A stretch of DNA of 64,000 bases, taken from positions 1 through 64,000 of the IMG/VR virus record IMGVR_UViG_3300002835_000134, one strand, 5' to 3'. The number at the start of each line of letters is the position of its first letter. Positions within the stretch are counted from its first letter, which is position 1. Below the pieces are notes generated by a model. It saw only the letters and a list, made by a program, of their open reading frames with translations. It had not been told where the DNA came from and searched no databases. Both the position numbers and the translations under genes were made by a program. Positions 35,875-46,000 of this stretch are shown one piece after another. Origin of the DNA: a virus.

Positions 35875-37233
35875 ATGAACATCGAGAAGTCCAACTGGTC
35901 TAGCGATGGAGAAAACCTCCATCTCTCAGTCCCATTCACTAAAGTAAATCGTGAGAACAGAACCGTATCAGGTTTTGCGACTCTTGACAATGTTGATCAA
36001 ACAGGCGACGTTGTAACAGCTGAAGCAAGCATGAAGGCATTTGAAAATTTCAGAGGAAATCTTCGTGAGATGCATCAGTCAATTGCAGTCGGTAAAGTTG
36101 TTTCCTTTAAGCCAGAAACATACTACGACCAAAAGTCTAATAATTTTTATAACGGTGTTTACGTAACATCATACATTTCAAAGGGTGCACAAGATACTTG
36201 GGAAAAGGTTCTTGACGGCACTCTTTCTGGTTTCTCAATCGGCGGAAAGATTAAAGAGTCAGATAACGAAGTTAACAAAGCAACAGGTGAAGCAGTAAGA
36301 TTTATTAAAGACTACGATCTTGTAGAGCTTTCAATTGTAGATTCACCAGCTAATGAACTTTGTAACATTTTTTCAATTGAAAAAGTAAATGGTCAAATGG
36401 TATACAAAGGTATCGCTACGGAAGTAGTAACAGAAAATATTTTTTACTGTGAGGAAAGCGACTCTGTATTTATGTCAACAGAAAAAACTTTCGAATCACC
36501 AGTATCAGGAAAACCAGCAGCTCTCATTGGCTGGGTGGAGAGTTCAGATATGAATAAATCAAAAGAAATAAATAGAATTCTTGCTTCATTTAAGAAGTCA
36601 AGATTACCGTTGCCTGAAACACAAATAGCAAAACAGGCAAACGTAGAAGGAGGTAATAAAATGTCAGATACAAAAATTGATAATGTTGCAGATGCTCCAG
36701 TAGCAGAAGCAGTAGTCGTAGAAGCACCTGTAGCAGAAGCCGTAGCGGCTCCAGCAGCAGATGAATCAAGCGTCAATCTTTTTGACAAGTCATTAGAAGT
36801 TGCAGCAGTTGCAACTGAAGATACCTCTGCCGACAACGTTGAAAAAGCAGCCGAAGCAGTAGAAGTTATGGTTGATGAACCTGATTTTGCAAAAATGTTA
36901 GGCGATCTAAAAGGCTTTTTCTCAGAAACACTAGCAAAGGCAAGCGAAGTAAATGCTGCACAAGTTACAGATATTAAAACATCTGTAGAAGCATTTAGCA
37001 AGAATGTTGATGCTAGAATTTTAGAGTTGGCAGAAAAGCACAGCGCACTTAGTGATGCTGTGTCAGAAATAAAGGGCACCATCGAAGGTGTTCAAAAGCA
37101 GGTAGATGCCGTAGAAGGCTCTACCGCAATTAAGAAGTCCTCTGACCTTGGCGGGTCTGAGGTGTTTACAAAGTCCAAATCAAAATGGTCAGGAGCTTTC
37201 CTCGGTTCCGTAAATGAAATCTTTCAAAATTAA
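35875..37233 (+). CDS. prohead protease with scaffold-like C-terminal region
   Basis: VSGFAT, REMH, GFSIGG, ELSIVDSPAN; acidic coiled-coil C-half. Confidence 0.9.
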   Translation: MNIEKSNWSSDGENLHLSVPFTKVNRENRTVSGFATLDNVDQTGDVVTAEASMKAFENFRGNLREMHQSIAVGKVVSFKPETYYDQKSNNFYNGVYVTSYISKGAQDTWEKVLDGTLSGFSIGGKIKESDNEVNKATGEAVRFIKDYDLVELSIVDSPANELCNIFSIEKVNGQMVYKGIATEVVTENIFYCEESDSVFMSTEKTFESPVSGKPAALIGWVESSDMNKSKEINRILASFKKSRLPLPETQIAKQANVEGGNKMSDTKIDNVADAPVAEAVVVEAPVAEAVAAPAADESSVNLFDKSLEVAAVATEDTSADNVEKAAEAVEVMVDEPDFAKMLGDLKGFFSETLAKASEVNAAQVTDIKTSVEAFSKNVDARILELAEKHSALSDAVSEIKGTIEGVQKQVDAVEGSTAIKKSSDLGGSEVFTKSKSKWSGAFLGSVNEIFQN

Positions 37234-37250
37234 GGGTAGGTGAAATAAAA

Positions 37251-38300
37251 ATGAGTAATGAATTATTAGAAAAGGCCGCAGCAGCAGGTACAACAGTATC
37301 AACTGGTTTTGGCTCATCAACTGGTGGTACAGGCGTCCACGTTGCTTCAGAAAATGGCAACGGTGGTCTTCTTAACCCAGAACAATCAGCAAGATTCTTG
37401 GACTATATGTTCGACGCTACCGTAATTGGTAAGGTTGCACGTACAGTTCGCATGAAGTCTGACACAACAGAGATTGATCGTATGTCAGTAGGAGAAAAGC
37501 TTGTAAAGCTTGCATCCGAAGGAGAAAACACAGCCGTAAATCAAGGCGTAACATTCTCAAAGATCTCTCTAACAACAAAGAAGCTCCGCATGGACTGGGA
37601 ACTTTCAACTGAGTCTCTAGAAGACAATATCGAAGGTGCAGATCTTGAAGATCATATTGCACGTATGATGGCAACACAAGCTGGAAATGACATCGAAGAT
37701 CTTATTCTTAACGGTGACACATCACTTTCAGCCGATGCTCTGTACAAGTCATTTGACGGTGCAGTTAAGAAGGCAAAGACACACGGTCGTGTAGTCGATG
37801 CAGCAGGTGCGGGAATTTCCCGTGAAATCTTCAACAAGGCTCTTAAGGCAATGCCACGTAAGTACAAGCAACGTCGTACAGACCTTCGTTTCCTTTCTGG
37901 ATCAAACTTGATCCAAGATTACTTGTTCTCTAACTCACAGAACATTCAGAACGTTACTCCACAAGATATTGCCTCTGGCATCATCCGTGGTGACGTTCCT
38001 GTTCTTGGAGGTCCAGCAGGATATGTAGCTCCATACGCATTTGGTATTCCAATCGTTGAAGTTCCATTGCTTCCTGAGACACAGACAGGTACATACGCAA
38101 CTCCATCAGGTTCACACGGAGACGTCCACTTGACATTCCCAAATAACGTAGTTATTGGTATCAAGCGTGATGTAACCGTTTACCGCTTCTTCCAGCCACG
38201 TAAGGACACAATCGAGTACACAATGTATACCCGTGTTGGCGTTCAAATCGAGCAGGCAGACGCTTGGGTAGTTGTAAAGAACGTTAAGGTTGCTTCTTAA
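37251..38300 (+). CDS. major capsid protein (HK97 fold)
   Basis: GGLLNPEQ, LEDNIEG, DIEDLILNGD; position and strong codon bias. Confidence 0.92.
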   Translation: MSNELLEKAAAAGTTVSTGFGSSTGGTGVHVASENGNGGLLNPEQSARFLDYMFDATVIGKVARTVRMKSDTTEIDRMSVGEKLVKLASEGENTAVNQGVTFSKISLTTKKLRMDWELSTESLEDNIEGADLEDHIARMMATQAGNDIEDLILNGDTSLSADALYKSFDGAVKKAKTHGRVVDAAGAGISREIFNKALKAMPRKYKQRRTDLRFLSGSNLIQDYLFSNSQNIQNVTPQDIASGIIRGDVPVLGGPAGYVAPYAFGIPIVEVPLLPETQTGTYATPSGSHGDVHLTFPNNVVIGIKRDVTVYRFFQPRKDTIEYTMYTRVGVQIEQADAWVVVKNVKVAS

Positions 38301-38322
38301 TTAATTAAGAATTAAACTACCG

Positions 38323-38358
38323 AAAGGCCCCCAATTAATTTTGGGGGCTTTTCATTTT
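38323..38358 (+). terminator. intrinsic terminator after capsid gene
   Basis: AAAGGCCCCCAA-loop-TTGGGGGCTTTT. Confidence 0.85.
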
Positions 38359-38406
38359 AATTTATCAATGCTATAATTAAAGGACCTAGAAAGAGGAGAA
38401 CTAAAT

Positions 38407-38799
38407 ATGTCATTTGACACATTAACAGTAGCTGAATTAAAGGAAATTGCAACGGAGTTTGCAGTAGACACAGAAGGCCTAAAAAATAAAAAAGAAGTAA
38501 TTGCTGCCATGGCAGAAGAGGGCGTAACCTATTCTGTATATCAAAAGACAGTTAAAGCAATTGAAGAGGCTACAGAAGAAATTGAAATTTTACCAGTTTT
38601 TGATCCGAAGGCTCAGCCAGAAGATACTATCTTGGTACGTATGACAAGAGATAATCATAGATATGATATTCACGGATACAGCTTTACAAAGACTCATCCC
38701 TTTGTAGCAATGTCTGAAGATGATGCTCAAAAAATCTTTGATACAGAGGAGGGTTTTCGTTTAGCGACACCAAAGGAAGTTCAGGACTTCTACAACTAA
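38407..38799 (+). CDS. head-associated protein with Rho-N-like motif
   Basis: LTVAELKEIA...KKEVI. Confidence 0.6.
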   Translation: MSFDTLTVAELKEIATEFAVDTEGLKNKKEVIAAMAEEGVTYSVYQKTVKAIEEATEEIEILPVFDPKAQPEDTILVRMTRDNHRYDIHGYSFTKTHPFVAMSEDDAQKIFDTEEGFRLATPKEVQDFYN

Positions 38800-38815
38800 A
38801 CGTTAACATAAGTTA

Positions 38816-39739
38816 ATGGAAATATTAGCAGGAACAAACTCACCAATACAGCACAGGGTATTTTGGAAAGGCGAATCTGCAGTTGCAGATAGCATACCCA
38901 CAGTATCTTTATTACGAGCAGATGTACCAGCACAAACAGTTTTATACTCTGGCACTGCAGTTCAATCAGAGACCGATACAGGGGTTTACAATTTTTATGC
39001 ACCACAAACCACTAAGCTTCCAGGATCTCTTATTGCAAGATGGCAATATGCGGTTGAAGGTTTTTCTATATCATATGATCAAAATGTTGATGTAGTTAAG
39101 CCATACGTAGACTTGTCACAAGTGATTAATGGTTTAGGTTTGGGCTCTGACTACAATGATCCAAATAGCAGAACTTATCAAGAGCTAGTTGATGCCGAGA
39201 AGTACTCTCGTAAAGTAATTGAAAATTACACTCAGCAAAAGTTCTACAGCTATCTTTCATCAGAGATTGCTTATGGGTCTGGTAACGATATTCTTCCTTT
39301 ATCTAATAAGATAAACACTCTTCAAGCAATAGAAGTAAATGATATCCCGCTTACAGGAATGCCATTTGAAGTTGCTGAAAGTGGATTTTCAATTAGATTA
39401 AATCGTGCAGATATGCTTGACAACGTAACATATGTTGCTAACGGCTTGATCCCACCAACTATCAATGACTACTCAGGAATCTTTAATAAAGATGCTAGAT
39501 ATAAAGTCACGGGATACTTCGGCTGGGAAAAAGTTCCAAATGAAGTTGAGATGGCAGCTATTGAACTTATGAAAGACTATTTCTCTAAAGACAAAGTATG
39601 GAGAAACAAGTATATAAAGAGCATATCCACATTCGACTGGCAGTTTGATTTTAACTCAGCCACCTTTTCGGGTACTGGTAATAACTACGTAGACCAATTG
39701 CTTTTGCCTTATGTAATAAGCAAAATGGTATTGATATAA
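38816..39739 (+). CDS. head-tail adaptor
   Basis: IENYTQQKF, GYFGW..VP.EV..AAI, VDQLL.PY. Confidence 0.75.
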   Translation: MEILAGTNSPIQHRVFWKGESAVADSIPTVSLLRADVPAQTVLYSGTAVQSETDTGVYNFYAPQTTKLPGSLIARWQYAVEGFSISYDQNVDVVKPYVDLSQVINGLGLGSDYNDPNSRTYQELVDAEKYSRKVIENYTQQKFYSYLSSEIAYGSGNDILPLSNKINTLQAIEVNDIPLTGMPFEVAESGFSIRLNRADMLDNVTYVANGLIPPTINDYSGIFNKDARYKVTGYFGWEKVPNEVEMAAIELMKDYFSKDKVWRNKYIKSISTFDWQFDFNSATFSGTGNNYVDQLLLPYVISKMVLI

Positions 39740-39740
39740 A

Positions 39741-40166
39741 ATGAATAATCTTGTAGACTCCATCCTAAGCATGAAGATGGATGTGTATGTGCAGCAAGAC
39801 GTACAGGACCAGGATACAGGCGCTATAAAAAAAGAATGGCTTTATTCAAAAACTGTTGCCTGCTATGCAAGAGGAATAATCACTAGCAGCGGAGCCAGAT
39901 CTTCAGATGTCCAAACCATGAGTAATAGATATACTAACAAAGAAAATATTGAAATTAGAACTGAAGCAAGAGTAACCCTAAGAGACAAGATTACAAATAT
40001 TAGAGACTCATCAGATAATGTTATTTGGGCCGAGCTAAATTACCCAACAGAAACTCCAACAGTCTTTGAACTAATTGGAACTACACCAATCACTGACCCA
40101 TTCGGCGGAATACTAGGATACAACTGTTCAGCCCGTAGATCGGAGAATCAGGTAATTGGACTCTAG
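39741..40166 (+). CDS. head closure/stopper protein
   Basis: Position and size. Confidence 0.6.
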   Translation: MNNLVDSILSMKMDVYVQQDVQDQDTGAIKKEWLYSKTVACYARGIITSSGARSSDVQTMSNRYTNKENIEIRTEARVTLRDKITNIRDSSDNVIWAELNYPTETPTVFELIGTTPITDPFGGILGYNCSARRSENQVIGL

Positions 40167-40944
40167 TGTTGCTTTACTACAAACCGCAAGCGGCCTTGAA
40201 CGACCAATGGCTGGAAACAAGCCTGGGATAATTAAAGATTCCTCTGTAGCACAAATATCTGCATTCCTTTATTACCAAGCAAGTGTCCTTGGAAAACTTA
40301 CAGCAAACAAAGCCTTTCAAAGTTTATTTAAACAAACTATATTTAATCAGATAAATAAAGATTTTGGGGACTATATAGATTCATCTGCAAGAGTAAAGCC
40401 AACTGCATTGCACCATGTTTATGAATGGAATAAAACGGGGCAAGAGACATCTAGACTATTTAAATTAAACAGGATGGATGCAGATGGACTTTCATTTAGA
40501 GTAACATATGACTTTAAATTATCTAAGTCTTCTGTCCCGTCTAAAAATAAAAAACAAAGAAAGAAATATGTATTTGCAACAAAGGCTTCTGTGATGGAAG
40601 CTGGAATGCCCGTAATAATCCGTCCAAGGTCCGCTGAGCGCTTAGTATTTGAGTTAGATGGTATTACCGTGTTTATGCCCAAAGGGTCCTCAGTGACCGT
40701 TAAAAGCCCAGGAGGACGTGCCTCATCAAATCAATTTAGACTACACTACGGAAGATATTTTGGGGGGCAGCTTGTTAATAATTCAATCAAGGCCTCTGGG
40801 TTTCAGAATATATTTAACGCCAAAATGAGCAAGGCATTAGATACACCAGCAAGTATTCGAAAAGTGCAATATAGCTTCACAGCTGGTAAAATTAGGTTGG
40901 AAGCAGATATGGAATTACAAACGGCATTTGGGGGAGCACTATGA
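40156..40944 (+). CDS. neck/tail completion protein
   Basis: Position; IIRPR..LVF motif. Confidence 0.55.
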   Translation: MDSSVALLQTASGLERPMAGNKPGIIKDSSVAQISAFLYYQASVLGKLTANKAFQSLFKQTIFNQINKDFGDYIDSSARVKPTALHHVYEWNKTGQETSRLFKLNRMDADGLSFRVTYDFKLSKSSVPSKNKKQRKKYVFATKASVMEAGMPVIIRPRSAERLVFELDGITVFMPKGSSVTVKSPGGRASSNQFRLHYGRYFGGQLVNNSIKASGFQNIFNAKMSKALDTPASIRKVQYSFTAGKIRLEADMELQTAFGGAL

Positions 40945-41450
40945 CAGTAGATTATAAGATAGATGCAGTATTTGAACTACGCAAGTTCCTCTGGAATGAA
41001 TTAAAGACTACAAAGATATTTGATCCTACAGAATACTACAGCGATAATATTAATATGGAGATTATTCCAATTATCCCAGTTCAGCAACAGCCAGAACTCA
41101 ATCAATTTTTAAGCGGGAAGAAGCATATTGTCTATGACAAGATTGGCCTATCCTATGAGGACATATGGCTACTATGCTGCGAGAAGGTTTTATTTACAGT
41201 GTATTCCACAGACGTATCCGACATATATGAGATCCGAAATTTGATGACAGACCTATTCAGAAGAATGGACGATTCTGCCAGAGATATTAATAAATTTAAG
41301 GATGAGCCAAAGATTAAATTTCACAGTATACAGGTTGTTGAGACCTCACCCATAACCCCGTCAGAGGAACTTCAGGGCTTCCTATCGTCCGACATAATCC
41401 TAGAAGTAAAATATTCAAGAATCACTGGCCCAGATGGACGTTTTATCTAA
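40941..41450 (+). CDS. tail terminator-like protein
   Basis: Position before tail tube. Confidence 0.55.
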   Translation: MTVDYKIDAVFELRKFLWNELKTTKIFDPTEYYSDNINMEIIPIIPVQQQPELNQFLSGKKHIVYDKIGLSYEDIWLLCCEKVLFTVYSTDVSDIYEIRNLMTDLFRRMDDSARDINKFKDEPKIKFHSIQVVETSPITPSEELQGFLSSDIILEVKYSRITGPDGRFI

Positions 41451-41451
41451 G

Positions 41452-41480
41452 TTGCGTTTGGGGTCATTATACACTAAAAT
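41452..41480 (+). promoter_or_regulatory. late promoter TTGCGT-17-TAAAAT
   Basis: Matches 35839-35867. Confidence 0.65.
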
Positions 41481-41570
41481 TAGCTTAGAGGAAAAAGCCT
41501 AGCCAGCTTTGATTTAGATTTAAAACGTAAGTCAATATATATATATTTATTTAACAGGAGGTTTTACAAC

Positions 41571-42311
41571 ATGGCACAAAACACAGGTAATGCTAGAAAT
41601 ATTCTTGTTGGTGCGTCACCATTGTTCCTTACAACACTTGATATCACATCTGGGCAATATGCAGATTTTGAAGCAGGAGTTTTAAGAGCAGGCACAGCAA
41701 CAAAGAACGATAAGGTACCAGCATTCGTAGCACCAACAACATCAGCAGCGGGAACATCTTACACAGATACACTTAACGCACTAGATGCAGGTGTAGGACA
41801 AGATGGAGCCTACCGTAACGTAGGTTACACAAATAACGGTCTTCAGGTTACATACAACCCATCATACGGTTCAGTAACAGTAGATCAGCTTCTTGACTCA
41901 GCAAAGCTTTTCAAGGAGACAATGGAAGTTATGATCGCAACAGAAATGGCAGAAGGTACTCTTGAGAACGTTCTTGCTGTATTTGGTCAGCGCTCAGACA
42001 CATTAGATTCATCAGTTGCAACAAAGAAGACTCTAGGTCTTGCTGGTGGAGCACTAGGTGAGGCTCCAACAGAGCGTCAGCTAATTGCAGTTGGACAGGC
42101 TCCAACTTCAGATACAGTTTCAGCTTCTGAGCGTGTATATTATGCACGTCGTGTTCTTTCTGTACAACAGTCACAGTTCTCTTTGGCTCGTAACGCAGCA
42201 TCAACATTCCCAGTAACATTCCGTTTGCTACCATCAGGTGCATCGACTCACGCTGGTAAGGAATATGGTTTCATTGTAGACCGTGTTCTCTCAAAGCTAC
42301 CAACACCATAA
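41571..42311 (+). CDS. major tail tube protein
   Basis: NILVGA, VGYT..GL, VDQL, FPVTF; AGGAGG RBS; terminator follows. Confidence 0.85.
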   Translation: MAQNTGNARNILVGASPLFLTTLDITSGQYADFEAGVLRAGTATKNDKVPAFVAPTTSAAGTSYTDTLNALDAGVGQDGAYRNVGYTNNGLQVTYNPSYGSVTVDQLLDSAKLFKETMEVMIATEMAEGTLENVLAVFGQRSDTLDSSVATKKTLGLAGGALGEAPTERQLIAVGQAPTSDTVSASERVYYARRVLSVQQSQFSLARNAASTFPVTFRLLPSGASTHAGKEYGFIVDRVLSKLPTP

Positions 42312-42334
42312 TTAATATAATTAATTAATAGATT

Positions 42335-42360
42335 ACCCCCCAAGCAATTGGGGGGTTTTC
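42335..42360 (+). terminator. intrinsic terminator
   Basis: ACCCCCCAA-GCAA-TTGGGGGGTTTT. Confidence 0.85.
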
Positions 42361-42420
42361 TATTGCCATTGTATTTTGAATATGATACAATAATTAAGAC
42401 TAGATCCTAGGAGGATTAAA

Positions 42421-42753
42421 TTGGCAACTACAGTATATGATGTTGAAGAAATTCAGCTACAGAATGGCGCTACAGTTAAGCTTAAGCCTTTAACAATTAA
42501 AGAGCTACGTGAGTTTATGAAGGTCATTAATAAGACACAAGAAGTAACAACAGAAGACGAAACATTAACAATCCTTATTGAGGCTTGTGGAGTGGCTTTA
42601 CAGAAGCAGCTTCCAGACTTAGTAGCGGACAAAGACGCATTTGAAGACACACTTGACGTTCCAACTATCAATCGCATTCTTGAAGTTTGCGGAGGAATTA
42701 AGATGGACGACCCAAACCTACTAGCGGCAGCAGTACTGGCTGGTCAGAACTAG
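42421..42753 (+). CDS. tail assembly chaperone (gpG-like)
   Basis: Between tube and tape measure; KLKPLTIKEL. Confidence 0.85.
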   Translation: MATTVYDVEEIQLQNGATVKLKPLTIKELREFMKVINKTQEVTTEDETLTILIEACGVALQKQLPDLVADKDAFEDTLDVPTINRILEVCGGIKMDDPNLLAAAVLAGQN

Positions 42754-43085
42754 ATCTAGCCGCTTTAGAAGGGGAAGTTTTTCTTCTTGGTAATTGGATA
42801 AATTACGAACAGTTAGAAGAAAGTCTTTCAATGCCAGAATTAGTCCAGACTTTTAAATCAATGCAAAAAACTGAATCGGAAAAAAGAAAATTCTTAGCTT
42901 CAATTCAGGGAGTAGATTTAAATGAAAGCAGTAATGAAAATAAGGAGGGGTCATCCTTCGAAGATGTTAAAAGAAGAGCACTTGGAATTACGGCATCAGC
43001 AAACGATGTTGTATCATTACAAGGGTCATTCGCCAGCGAAGCTGGTTTTGGCATTGGAGCGGGATTAGGATACTCTATAGAGTAA
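42711..43085 (+). CDS. tail assembly chaperone gpT-like part, via -1 frameshift at C CCA AAC (42711-42717)
   Basis: -1 frame open from 42702 (WSELDLAALEGEVFLLG...) into track ORF 42831; X XXY YYZ heptamer. Confidence 0.8.
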   Translation, partial: PKPTSGSSTGWSELDLAALEGEVFLLGNWINYEQLEESLSMPELVQTFKSMQKTESEKRKFLASIQGVDLNESSNENKEGSSFEDVKRRALGITASANDVVSLQGSFASEAGFGIGAGLGYSIE

Positions 43086-43094
43086 CATAGTAAT

Positions 43095-46000
43095 ATGGCA
43101 GATAATAATTTAACCACGTTTATTACCGCCAACGCAGACTTTACGAGTTTAAGAACTCAGCTAGCTGCGGTTACTGCCCAACTCGTAAAATTACAAGAAA
43201 CAACTGCTGGCACAAACGCTAAACTTGCAAATCAAATTGCAGTGATGAACAAGTCGTTTGCCACGACACTTACTTCAACAGGGCAATTTTCACAACACTT
43301 TGTATCTCTAACTTCAGACGTAGACAAGTTTGGAAGAAATTTAGATAGAGGCCGACTCAAGCTCAACGAATATTATAATGCTTGGAGCGGCCATACAAAG
43401 AAAACAAGCAATTTAGTTAGAGAACTTGCTAAGCAGCAAGTAATGCTTCAGCAGGCTATAGTTCAGCCTGTAGGTAAAAACGCACAAGGCTTAATGCAAT
43501 ACAATGTTATGGTTGCAAAGGGTCTTGATGAAGTAAAGAACAAGATGGCTATTGCTACACAGCAAGCGGCAATTATGAACAAGGTCATGCTTGACGGATC
43601 AACAGGACTTATTAACTGGGGTAAAAATACTCAGTGGGCTGGACGTCAATTAACAGTAGGACTTACTGTTCCACTTATTGCATTTGGCGCAGCAGCACAA
43701 AAAGCATTTAAAGAAGCAGACCAAGAACTAGTAAGATTAACAAAGGTTTATGGCGGATTAGCTGCAACATCTTCAGCAGATTTGGCTCAAGTTAGAAAAG
43801 ATATTAGCGCAACCGCAAAAGAAATTGCAAGCTCTTATGGAGTTGCATACAAAGAAACAATTGCATTAGCGGCTGATCTTGCAGCAACAGGACAACAGGG
43901 CAACGACTTAATAGCTGCTACACAACAAACTACAAGGCTAGCGGTTCTTGGTGAAGTTGATAGACAAGAAGCAATGAAAGCAACTCTTGCAATTCAAAAC
44001 GCATTTAAACAAAGCACAGACGAACTTACCGCATCAATTGACTTTCTTAACGCAGTTGAAAACCAGACATCAACAAGCCTTGCAGATTTAACTGAAGCTA
44101 TTCCAAAGGCAGGGCCAGTAGTTAAATCACTAGGTGGAGATGTAAAAGATTTAGCGCTTTACCTTACAGCAATGAAAGAAGGCGGAGTAAACGCTTCTGA
44201 AGGCGCAAACGCAATTAAGTCTGCAATGGCATCATTAATTAACCCAACAAAAGTTGCAACCGAACAATTTATGGGGTTTGGAATTGACCTTAAGGGAATA
44301 GTAAACGATAACGCTGGAAACCTTACAGAAACTATAATGGACTTGCAATCAGCGCTAGACCAGCTTAATCCTTTAGATAAATCTAGAGCAATCGAACAGC
44401 TATTTGGAAAATTCCAGTATGCAAGAATGTCTGCACTATTTGAAAACCTCGGGAAATCAGGGTCACAGACATTGCAAGTTATGGACTTAATGAAAGCAAG
44501 TGCGGTTGAACTTGCAGGTATCTCTGAGCGAGAATTAAAGATGATCACAGAGTCAGCCTCTGGACAGTTTAAGAGAGCATGGGCTGCAGTACAAGCAGAC
44601 CTTGCTACAGTAGGAGAGCAATTCTTAAGAATAAGCACAAAAGTTTTAAAGGTAGTAGATGCAATAATTAATTTCTTTAAAGCACTTCCAGGCCCAGTTA
44701 AAACATTCCTTAATGCATTAGGTGGAATAACAGCAATTGCTGGACCACTCATCATGATGGCTGGTGTTATGGGTAACTTTATTGGTTATGTTGTAAAGGG
44801 CATATTCCATTTAAGACAACTTGCTAAGGGTGGGCAGGGCTTTAGGTTATTAACTCCAGAAATCATTGCAGCAGATGCTGCAGCAAAGGGATTAGCAACA
44901 TCTTTTTATTCAGACTCAGAAGCAACTATAGTATTAAAAAATGCAGTAGACACTCTTGCAGCATCTTTCACAGGACTTGAGACAAGAGCCAACGCAGCTA
45001 AGGTTGCAGTTCAACCAGCAATATCTACAGTCGCAGGAAGTGTACTTGCAGCAGGCGGAGTGGGACAAAGAATAGTGGACAAGAGCAACCCACTAATTGG
45101 AGAGCCATACTCAAGAGATATGTCTCATATGATTCCAGCACAAACAAATCAGCCAGGAACTATATTTGGAACAGTTCCAGGTGCAGCTCCAGTTAATATT
45201 AGAATTGGTAAAAACCCACAAGCATATATGAACGCAGATATGCCAAAGATTCCAGGAGTTACATCAGTAAATGGAATATCTACTGGAGTAGTTGCAGCAG
45301 AAGCCGCAAAGTGGCATGCAATGACTGCAGCAATTGCAATGCAATCAGAAGCAGAAATTAAATTATTAAAGACAGAGGTAATGGCAACTGGAACAGTTAC
45401 ATCAAGCCTATCGGATTCCTATCAAGCTTTACTACCACAATTTTCCGAAATTACTCAACTTGCAGCAGCTGAAACACAAGCAATTGTTCAACAGCTTCAG
45501 GCAAGTAAAATAACAGTAGAGCAGGCAAGAGCAAAAGTAATTCAGTTAAATGCAACAGTAGAAGCAATGCTTGCAGAAACAACAGCACTTACAGCCCAAT
45601 CAATGGGAAGAACTGCAAACTTAACTACAGTGCCATTTACATCTCAGCCAGTAGTTGACCCAGCCACTGGGAAATCAAATATGAAAGAAATGTTCCATAA
45701 AGGATCAACAAAAAATCTTGTAGATAAAATTGCTAGAGCTCTCGGAGGAGTTAGAACTTCGGGCGCAGGGTATAACATTCAAACAACAAAACCTAAGTTT
45801 GCTGACGGCGGAATCGTACCAGGAACAGGTAATACAGATACATATCACACAACAGCAGAGGCTGGATCTTTTGTAATTAATAAGAAGTCTACTCAAGAAA
45901 ATATGCCAATAATAAGCAGTCTGCTAGGTGGAACTCCTAAGTTTGCTGACGGTGGTCAAGTACCTGTTGTTCTGACTCCTGGAGAAGCAGTAATACCTGC

